Source of the DNA: an uncultured Lachnospiraceae bacterium | Lineage (GTDB): Bacteria; Bacillota; Clostridia; Lachnospirales; Lachnospiraceae | NCBI GenBank assembly: GCA_947169935.1 | Contig: CAMVRS010000060.1 | Location: 1 to 21,582, forward strand | DNA length: 21,582 bases | Direction: 5' to 3' | Part shown: piece by piece, positions 15,810-21,582 of the stretch | Position numbering within the stretch: the stretch's first letter is position 1 | How the letters are laid out: each line of letters opens with the position of its first letter | The notes under the pieces: generated by a model | Databases searched by the model: none | The model's input: only the letters and a program-made list of their open reading frames with translations | Told to the model about the DNA's origin: nothing | Program-made: the position numbers and the translations under genes

Positions 15810-17201
15810 CTGTAATACCTCCTTTGGATATCCTTTTATTTGCTTACGGGTATAATACCCTTTGATGAACGATACATGTATAGTCCTTATGTCCTGCGTA
15901 CTCTTAAAGCGTCTGTTATACGCTCCGAGCATATTGAAGGAGAAGGGAGTACCGGTGAACACGGACTTAATCATCTCCTCAAGAATGTCGGGATTTACGC
16001 TTGACTTATCCTGCATCCTCTTTGTTGCTCCTATGAGCTGATACAATGTCGGTACTTTAGCGTCATCTTCCTTGCCTAAGGGCGCTATGTCGATATCATC
16101 ATAGAACTTAACGACGTTAGCCATAAACTTACCTACCGTCATATGGGTAAACAGCTTGATCGATAAGCGCGCCTGGTTAGCTTCTATGCCAAGAAGACAG
16201 TATTCGGAGTTGGGATCTATGACCGTTCCTTTATATACGACCCTCTCTCCGTCTGCCAGGGACTTTATCATCTCCCGGGGACTAAACCCTTCTTCATCGG
16301 ATCTGTCGCCGTAGATGACCGCATCAACCAGCTTTCTTATAACTCTCTGCTGTTCATCGGAGTCTGTTTCGCTCCAGATAAATATGACGTCGTCGCCCAG
16401 GATAAAGACGCCCTTATTGTTAAGCATATATTTGAGGGCTGTGGTATAAGCAAAGGCCTCATACGGTGTCATAGGTGCATTTTCGCCTTTATCCTTATAT
16501 TCTCCACTTACGCTGGGAAGATTAAAGGATACTAGGGCTGCCCCGCTGCTCAGTGCTCCGGGGAACGAGGTTATCATGGGGTGTGTCTTTGCAATGGGTC
16601 CTTTTTTGCCGGATACGATGCTTATTCCCTCAGGCAGGCCTTCGGTTTCCGTCTCTTCGTAATATCTACTCCAGCATTCTTTGACAATCTTATTCTCATG
16701 CAGATATTCCCCATCCACTTCAACAACATAGTTTCCCTCAAGCTTATCTCCCTTAATGTCTTTGGAATAAGGAAGACTTTCGATATTTAAAGGATCCCAG
16801 TTATCTAGGAAGGTCAGATATGCGTCGATAACAGGCTCCTTTTCGTTCCCACGCAGAACCTCGTGCTGCAGCTGTCTGAATGCATTGAAACACTTAAGAG
16901 CACGGGCTTTTTCTGCAGGATCTGCCAGACCAAGGATATAGGATTCCTTTTCCCAGCCGAAATAGGGTTTTACCTTATTCGATCTTGACCCGGAGAAAGG
17001 AAGTTCTATCTTTAAGGGAAATGTGAGCTCCTTGCCTTTGGGTGATAAAACCGTCTCAAAAAGAGGTTCTATGTTCTTAAGCTTGCCGTTCTTACTGAGG
17101 CAGAGCTTATAATTGATCTTCTGGATAGAAAATCCCGGCAAAGGAACCTTATCTTCTTTTTTAAGGGTTTCATAATAGTTTATCAGTGACTCGATAACCA
17201 T
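15396..17201 (-). CDS. cas8c: type I-C large subunit Cas8c (Csd1), 601 aa
   Basis: Correct position between cas5 and cas7, and correct length. The N-terminus is Csd1-like (MVIESLINYYETLKKEDKVPLPGFSIQKINYKLCLSKNGKL). The start ATG at 17201 shares one nucleotide with the cas5 stop (TGATG), indicating translational coupling. Confidence 0.92.
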   Translation of the reverse strand: MVIESLINYYETLKKEDKVPLPGFSIQKINYKLCLSKNGKLKNIEPLFETVLSPKGKELTFPLKIELPFSGSRSNKVKPYFGWEKESYILGLADPAEKARALKCFNAFRQLQHEVLRGNEKEPVIDAYLTFLDNWDPLNIESLPYSKDIKGDKLEGNYVVEVDGEYLHENKIVKECWSRYYEETETEGLPEGISIVSGKKGPIAKTHPMITSFPGALSSGAALVSFNLPSVSGEYKDKGENAPMTPYEAFAYTTALKYMLNNKGVFILGDDVIFIWSETDSDEQQRVIRKLVDAVIYGDRSDEEGFSPREMIKSLADGERVVYKGTVIDPNSEYCLLGIEANQARLSIKLFTHMTVGKFMANVVKFYDDIDIAPLGKEDDAKVPTLYQLIGATKRMQDKSSVNPDILEEMIKSVFTGTPFSFNMLGAYNRRFKSTQDIRTIHVSFIKGYYTRKQIKGYPKEVLQVALNNECDDQAYILGRLFFLLERTQIEAIRNIQKTIRDKYIYSASVTPAMVFPMLVNHSEYHLKKMKKIDEKRGVAIHLERQMEELLNRISTTYPTRMSLEEQSRFQLGYYHQKAYYFTPKEKKEAASSENTEAAEN

Positions 17202-17869
17202 CAGCCTTTGACCTCCTCACTGTTTTCTGCGGGTACTTTTATAACTCCGTCTTCCATTACTGCCCTGAAAAATCTGGGCACCGGATCGGAAGGGTTGCTG
17301 TAATCAAATGAATGGAGCATAAATCCTAAATCTCTGCGTCCTTTAAGCTCTTCGGGACATTCATATTCTCCCTCTGCTATCTTGACGTTGGCTACGCATT
17401 CCCGTAAGCCTAAACATGGCTGTTCAAAACACTGCCCTCTCTTAAGCCGGTTGCCAAGGATAGCGGTAACCTTATCCCTTAACTCCTTCGTGTCCTGAGC
17501 CTTGTCGATATCATAATGTGCGTCTATGACATACCGGACATCCTTAAGCATCATGGTCGATCGCTGCTGTCTCATGATCCCTTCTGTCACTAGAACAGCT
17601 GCAGAAGGATTTCCGCTTTCCATGGCTGCTTTAAATGAACTTACTTTTGCTTTGCTGCGGACCTCATTCCGACGGATATTCTCAAACTTGATCGGTGAGA
17701 GAACCCTGATCCGGTCGATCACAAACGACACTCCCGGATGCCAGTAGATGGCCCGGAATATGCCTACTGCTGCTGATGGGGTGATAACGTCATACGATAC
17801 ACGCTCGGTTTTGAATTCGGGACGAGTAAAACATGCGTTCTTACCCCACACTTCAATACTTATTCCCAT
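17201..17869 (-). CDS. cas5: type I-C Cas5c/Cas5d (pre-crRNA endoribonuclease subunit), 222 aa
   Basis: EVWGKNACFTRPEFKTERVSYDVITPSAAVGIFRAIYWHPGVSFVIDRIRVLSPIKFENIRRNEV is the conserved Cas5d N-terminal signature. AGGGGG lies 7 nt upstream of the ATG at 17869. Confidence 0.95.
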   Translation of the reverse strand: MGISIEVWGKNACFTRPEFKTERVSYDVITPSAAVGIFRAIYWHPGVSFVIDRIRVLSPIKFENIRRNEVRSKAKVSSFKAAMESGNPSAAVLVTEGIMRQQRSTMMLKDVRYVIDAHYDIDKAQDTKELRDKVTAILGNRLKRGQCFEQPCLGLRECVANVKIAEGEYECPEELKGRRDLGFMLHSFDYSNPSDPVPRFFRAVMEDGVIKVPAENSEEVKG

Positions 17870-18017
17870 ATCTTGCCCCCTTTGCTTAGGTTAACTACTA
17901 TATATAATATATTAGATTTTTTTTATAATAGCGACAGCGTACAACGCATACTGTAATTGTTCTCAAAAATGTTCTAATGATGTACGTTGACGAATTTTTT
18001 CTGTTAATTAAATATAA

Positions 18018-18662
18018 TCAATTAAATAACGGTCTTTGCTTTGATCTTACTGACTTTATATGGAGCTTGAATTCCTTTCGGCTGTTACAGTTAAGCCTTT
18101 TTATACGCTCACATACATATATAACATCTTTATTGGCGGATTTTGGGTTACCTTTTGTCGGTTTTTGTGCTTTTACCTCCTTTAGCACTGCATCCAGCTC
18201 ATCGACAGATATAACCAGCATATCCGACCTTCCGACATTAAGTACCGGATCAGAAGCAAACACTACTACCGGAATAAGCTCTATTGATGTCTCCAGTAAC
18301 TCCTCTACGGCTTTCAGGTGCCCGTAATTCTGCCAGACCGGGTTATAAAACGTATAGATTCGGCCCGCAGGAGTAATCTGCCGCCAGCTTTTCTCATAAG
18401 AGCATCCGCTGATAAGCCCCCCATGGTTCTTTGTCTCCACGATCAGGAGACAATCTTGGGATACAGCTATGTGATCTATCTGCACTGTACGTCCGTTCTC
18501 CTTAAAAATGAGGTCATCAAACACACGGAAACCATGTCTCCTTAATATTCTGCTTACTCTTTTTTCTCCCTCCTTACCGCTCTTTATTGCCCTTTTTTCA
18601 GGGCTAACCTTAAAAAGATATATCAAAAGCGGAACGGAGAGTAATATCACAAATCCAAGCAT
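18018..18662 (-). CDS. membrane-anchored NERD (nuclease-related domain) protein, 214 aa
   Basis: Track ORF 18018..18743. I prefer the ATG at 18662 (MLGFVILLSVPLLIYLFKV...): GGAGG lies 8 nt upstream, and the longer N-terminus would run through the upstream terminator hairpin. One N-terminal TM helix. NERD core: GKEGEKRVSRILRRHGFRVFDDLIF...VQIDHIAVSQDCLLIVETKNHGG...W...YNPVWQNYGHLKAV, containing a D...E-x-K nuclease motif (IDH / ETK). Confidence 0.8.
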   Translation of the reverse strand: MLGFVILLSVPLLIYLFKVSPEKRAIKSGKEGEKRVSRILRRHGFRVFDDLIFKENGRTVQIDHIAVSQDCLLIVETKNHGGLISGCSYEKSWRQITPAGRIYTFYNPVWQNYGHLKAVEELLETSIELIPVVVFASDPVLNVGRSDMLVISVDELDAVLKEVKAQKPTKGNPKSANKDVIYVCERIKRLNCNSRKEFKLHIKSVRSKQRPLFN

Positions 18663-18743
18663 TATGTCTGCCTCCGTTCTACCTTTAATATATGCGATTT
18701 TTAGAAGTGAAAAATTAGTATGTAGAGATTTGATGTAAAACAC

Positions 18744-18772
18744 AAAAAAAGGTGCTGTCTTTCGACAACACC
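18744..18772 (-). terminator. intrinsic terminator after the DUF5688-like gene
   Basis: In minus-strand reading: GGTGTTGTC-GAAA-GACAGCACC (9-bp stem with one G-U pair) followed by 7 T (complement of 18744-18750). It starts about 20 nt after the stop at 18792, and it separates the NERD/cas transcription unit from the upstream genes. Confidence 0.6.
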
Positions 18773-18791
18773 TTTGAAATAAATTGGCTGC

Positions 18792-19736
18792 TTAAGCCGC
18801 CTTACGCGCCAGATACTTCTCAGCAAGCTCAAATGCCTTAGCTTCTGAATCATAGTGGTACACGTTGTCGGACAGCTTATCTTCGGGAGCCACCTGAGTC
18901 GCATTGACTTCCTGCACCATGTTCTCCAGTTCACGGGGGCACATATCGCCTCTTTCGGGAAGTAATATGATCTCGTGAATACTTGAAGGCAGGACATAGA
19001 AATCTCCGCCCAACTGCTCAGCAACCTGCTCCAGGAATCCGGGATATGCCAGCACTGCAGCACCGTTTAACTTATTCGGGTTTGATGCAACGAACATCAT
19101 CTCATCCTCCGGATCAACGAGTGCTATCCCTAACATCTGAGCTGTTTCGGGACCCATCATCTCGGCCATTAACTGACTCATTCCCTTGATCTCTGCGGGA
19201 TTGTTCTTCGGAGCAATTTCAGCTGCATCTGCAAACAACTGCTCGGGTGTCACTCCCATGGTCTCAAGCATCTGGTTAGATACCAGGCATGAAGCGTTTC
19301 CGTTTTCACCAGTGCTTAAAACAAAGCGATATACAACCGCCATGTCTTCAAGAACCTGATGAGGTACGGTTTCCAGAAGCTCTTTATTTGTCTCTGCAGA
19401 AACAACCTGGATCGCAAGCCTGTCCTTCATAACGCTGTAGTTCGTAATTTCCGAAACGTTAAAATTAGGTTTTTTAGCGATCAGGCCATTGTTGATGATT
19501 TCGGTCCACTTGTCGAGAACCTCATCATATGTAACTCCGTCTTCTAACGCGGCGTATGCTGCATTGATATTGATGTTTGCCCCGATGTTGCTGCCTTTGG
19601 GTGTTACGCAAATTGCCTCATAGCCGTCATTGAGTTTTTTAACCTCTCTGACTGAAATTTCGACATTTGCGCCCTGCTCTGCAAATCTAGCCTTAACATC
19701 CTCGACAAACTGCGCCTTGAAACATGTATAATCCAT
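18792..19736 (-). CDS. DUF5688-like protein (314 aa), a family common on Clostridia conjugative elements
   Basis: ATG at 19736 preceded by AAAGGAGGAAAATAAA. The C-terminal motifs GGDFYVLPSSIHEIILLP and MVQEVNATQVAPEDKLSDNVYHYD match what I recall of DUF5688 proteins. The family call is from memory, not from a search. Confidence 0.7.
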   Translation of the reverse strand: MDYTCFKAQFVEDVKARFAEQGANVEISVREVKKLNDGYEAICVTPKGSNIGANININAAYAALEDGVTYDEVLDKWTEIINNGLIAKKPNFNVSEITNYSVMKDRLAIQVVSAETNKELLETVPHQVLEDMAVVYRFVLSTGENGNASCLVSNQMLETMGVTPEQLFADAAEIAPKNNPAEIKGMSQLMAEMMGPETAQMLGIALVDPEDEMMFVASNPNKLNGAAVLAYPGFLEQVAEQLGGDFYVLPSSIHEIILLPERGDMCPRELENMVQEVNATQVAPEDKLSDNVYHYDSEAKAFELAEKYLARKAA

Positions 19737-19837
19737 TTTATTTTCCTCCTTTTGATATCGCAGTGATAAACTGCATTAGAATTATTTGACACTAATAATA
19801 TAAATAAAAGCATATCGTCATAAAAAAAAATTGACAC

Positions 19838-19866
19838 AAAAAAGAGCCCCGGAGAGGACTCTTTTT
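19838..19866. terminator. intrinsic terminator after 19885..20421 (bidirectional shape)
   Basis: In minus-strand reading: GAGTCC-TCTCCG-GGGCTC (6-bp stem with one G-U pair) followed by 6 T (complement of 19838-19843). The plus strand also shows a T-run at 19862-19866. Confidence 0.55.
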
Positions 19867-19884
19867 GAAAAAAATAAGGTTATT

Positions 19885-20421
19885 TTACGCATTTCTGCTC
19901 TTTTCCACATCCGAACGTTTTATGGTGAATCGCCCCTGCCAGTCTTCGCTATAGGCATCTGTATACGTATAGACATCAACATCTTCGTTATCCTTTGCCT
20001 TTCCGTCGATGACCGCCAGCTCACCTCGTTTTACCTCTGCGAGGGCAAGATCCTGAGCGATGCAACCATCAGTTTCGTATTCAAGGACCATCTGCCTGGT
20101 ATCATAGTCGGATCCACATGTTTCTGCGATAAGCGAACCGCCCGGTACAGGCTGGATCAGCTTCGTCCAGAGAGTCGCAGGATCTACTATTACAGAAGGA
20201 TAATTTCCGGTATCTTCACCTTCATCAAGCTCATTATAGTAGTCCTTAAGCTTTTCCCAGGCTTCGGCACCGCTGTCAATCCCGTCACAAAGATCATCAA
20301 GCTCATCAAAAAGTCCGTCATCGCAGGTATCTATCCCCGTAAGTTCATTTTTGAGAGCTATTATCTGGGCCGTTAAATTGCAGATCATATTCAGTTTAGC
20401 CCTGACGTCTGCTTTAGTCAT
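19885..20421 (-). CDS. acidic hypothetical protein (178 aa)
   Basis: ATG at 20421 preceded by AAAAGGAGAAGAAAACTT. The central region is rich in D/E (DTCDDGLFDELDDLCDGIDSGAEAWEKLKDYYNELDEGEDTG). The plus-strand ORF 19831..20376 is a shadow frame. Confidence 0.75.
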   Translation of the reverse strand: MTKADVRAKLNMICNLTAQIIALKNELTGIDTCDDGLFDELDDLCDGIDSGAEAWEKLKDYYNELDEGEDTGNYPSVIVDPATLWTKLIQPVPGGSLIAETCGSDYDTRQMVLEYETDGCIAQDLALAEVKRGELAVIDGKAKDNEDVDVYTYTDAYSEDWQGRFTIKRSDVEKSRNA

Positions 20422-20670
20422 AAGTTTTCTTCTCCTTTTGTTAGAATGTTTTTTACGTTAATAATATAGGTGATAGCTTTTACTGATAAAAAAGTATGTT
20501 ATGGGCTTACGGATTATTCCTACAGTTAGCCCCTGTATTGTGTAAACTCTTATATTTTTTTTTGCGGGCAAAACCGTGAACTTCCACATTGTTTCAAGAT
20601 TTTCTTTTTGGTAAATTTTCTTTGTGCGATAAAGCACACAAAAACAAAACAAAAAAGGAGATTTTATACT

Positions 20671-21129
20671 ATGAAGGCAATCTTAATACTGTTAACCGCT
20701 GCTACTGTTGGAACCGCACAGCCCGCTGTAACTGAATTGTCTATAAACGATAACGCCGGTAACGTGATCCGAACATGGGATATCGAAGATACAGATATCT
20801 TTTCTGATATAGCCTTACCCGCAGATAACAATGATAATGTGCTGCGCAGATCCAAGATAATAATCAAGAAGCTGAGGGATACCTCTGTTGATGAAATATC
20901 CTCTGAATATGCGATTCCTGCAGATACAAAGGATAATATATTGCGCCGTTCCAAGATAATCATCAAAAAACTTAAGAACTCCGATAATGAGCTGGATTCT
21001 TTCGCTACCGTTAAGGGATATGGCAAGCTGAACTCTTTCGCTACTGTTAAAGGATATGGCAACAACAAAACGTGTGGTATCTGGAGTAGGATTAAATCGT
21101 GGTGGTATGAATATACTCATAAATCATGA
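20671..21129 (+). CDS. secreted hypothetical protein with internal tandem repeats (152 aa)
   Basis: Track ORF 20608..21129. I prefer the ATG at 20671, which is preceded by AAAAGGAG (10 nt spacer). The N-terminus MKAILILLTAATVGTAQP looks like a signal peptide. The protein contains two repeat pairs (see the repeat feature). Confidence 0.65.
   Translation: MKAILILLTAATVGTAQPAVTELSINDNAGNVIRTWDIEDTDIFSDIALPADNNDNVLRRSKIIIKKLRDTSVDEISSEYAIPADTKDNILRRSKIIIKKLKNSDNELDSFATVKGYGKLNSFATVKGYGNNKTCGIWSRIKSWWYEYTHKS
20812..21063 (+). repeat. in-frame tandem duplications inside the secreted-protein gene
   Basis: Unit A: 20812-20880 (ALPADNNDNVLRRSKIIIKKLRD) against 20911-20979 (AIPADTKDNILRRSKIIIKKLKN), 99 nt apart. 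Unit B: 20992-21027 (LDSFATVKGYGK) is directly followed by 21028-21063 (LNSFATVKGYGN). Confidence 0.75.
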
Positions 21130-21184
21130 TTTTTCGTTTTCCGATATTGGCTGAACGGATATATTTAAATGAGTCAACGAAAAT

Positions 21185-21216
21185 AAAAAGAGTTCCCTTT
21201 GACAGGAACTCTTTTT
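21185..21216. terminator. bidirectional intrinsic terminator between convergent genes
   Basis: Perfect 8-bp stem AGAGTTCC (21189-21196) / GGAACTCT (21205-21212) with an 8-nt loop, an A-run on the left and a T-run on the right. Confidence 0.7.
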
Positions 21217-21219
21217 CAT

Positions 21220-21582
21220 TTAATATGACTCTAATTCGTCCTCCAGGATGGTCATCCTGGACTTCCCGTATGATTTGATTGCCGCTTCGATATCCTCCGG
21301 GGAGACATCATCTTCTATCTCCTCATATCCGGGATCGCCGCCGTCTTCGTCCCAATAGGCATCTGCGGACTGAACATGCGCCTCCGTTTCATAAGATATT
21401 TCTATGGAGACCTCATCTTCGTCGTCCAGCCACGTTGAATCGGTGATCTGGGCGTCTACATCAGCAAAGAGCTGGTCAACAGCCTTCTCCGTATCCTTCC
21501 AGATAGGATTACCATTCTTCCGGATAACGAACTCAAGTCTGTATTTATGTGTTACTATCTCATCTATAAAACCAAAATACAT
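21220..21582 (-). CDS. strongly acidic small hypothetical protein (120 aa)
   Basis: The ATG sits exactly at the window edge (21582-21580), so the true start could lie further upstream and the upstream signals are not visible. Roughly a quarter of the residues are D/E (WLDDEDEVSIEISYETE, YWDEDGGDPGYEEIEDDVSPEDIE). Confidence 0.65.
   Translation of the reverse strand: MYFGFIDEIVTHKYRLEFVIRKNGNPIWKDTEKAVDQLFADVDAQITDSTWLDDEDEVSIEISYETEAHVQSADAYWDEDGGDPGYEEIEDDVSPEDIEAAIKSYGKSRMTILEDELESY

Noticed and set aside
17931-17955. gcgacagcgtacaacgcatact in the NERD-cas5 intergenic region, which shares acgcatact and gtacaac with array repeat variants (possible repeat-like autoregulatory site)
   Set aside because: The matches are 7-9 nt, non-collinear with any repeat, and lack the conserved aattcac/ATTGAAAT handle. 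Chance similarity in an AT-rich region is the simpler explanation.
18663-18743. N-terminal extension of the NERD ORF (start at 18743), and similar extensions of other track ORFs (370, 3317, 8559, 12682, 20608)
   Set aside because: In each case an internal ATG has a canonical SD at 6-10 nt. The extension either lacks one or runs into a terminator or intergenic signal.
18751-18780. Plus-strand hairpin followed by TTTGAAAT, superficially like an orphan I-C repeat (stem-loop plus ATTGAAAT)
   Set aside because: It does not align with the array repeat apart from the TTGAAAT end. It is on the opposite strand to the cas genes. It is fully explained as the minus-strand terminator (stem plus 7 T) of the DUF5688-like gene.
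20458-20652. 64-aa minus-strand ORF in the divergent intergenic region
   Set aside because: AT-rich, with no SD. It overlaps the probable promoter and 5' region of the 20671 gene and shows no coding-like composition.

Overview
This is a low-GC accessory region, transcribed almost entirely from the minus strand. Gene content suggests a plasmid, ICE or similar mobile element of a Clostridia-like Firmicute; that host assignment is inference only.

(1) A type I-C CRISPR-Cas effector module, cas5-cas8c-cas7, runs from 17869 down to 14500. It is followed by a ~190 nt AT-rich leader and a minus-strand CRISPR array of 21 clear 32-nt repeats (14307 down to 12956), plus two decayed distal units reaching 12826. 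No cas3 and no cas4/cas1/cas2 occur anywhere in the window. A membrane-anchored NERD (PD-(D/E)xK-type) nuclease gene sits immediately upstream of cas5, where cas3 normally lies. cas8c contains a textbook internal SD+GVG-type start (AAGGAGG, 8 nt, in-frame GTG) for a 137-aa Cas11c.

(2) About 0.9 kb beyond the distal end of the array lies a complete but non-autonomous IS200/IS605-type IscB element. It has iscB (11777 to 10539) with PLMP, RuvC, bridge-helix, HNH and TID motifs intact. A highly structured ~275 nt omega-RNA region lies upstream, the subterminal hairpins at the two ends are nearly identical, and there is no tnpA.

(3) A tight four-gene minus-strand operon (8505 to 1182) encodes two very large proteins I cannot assign to any family (902 and 706 aa). 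They flank an LtaS/sulfatase-family membrane enzyme.

(4) The rest is typical MGE cargo: a DUF5688-like protein, several strongly acidic small proteins, and a secreted protein with internal tandem repeats.

The candidate for something new is the Cas3-less, adaptation-less I-C Cascade with the NERD nuclease. No database searches were possible; family calls rest on motifs I recognise in the translations.
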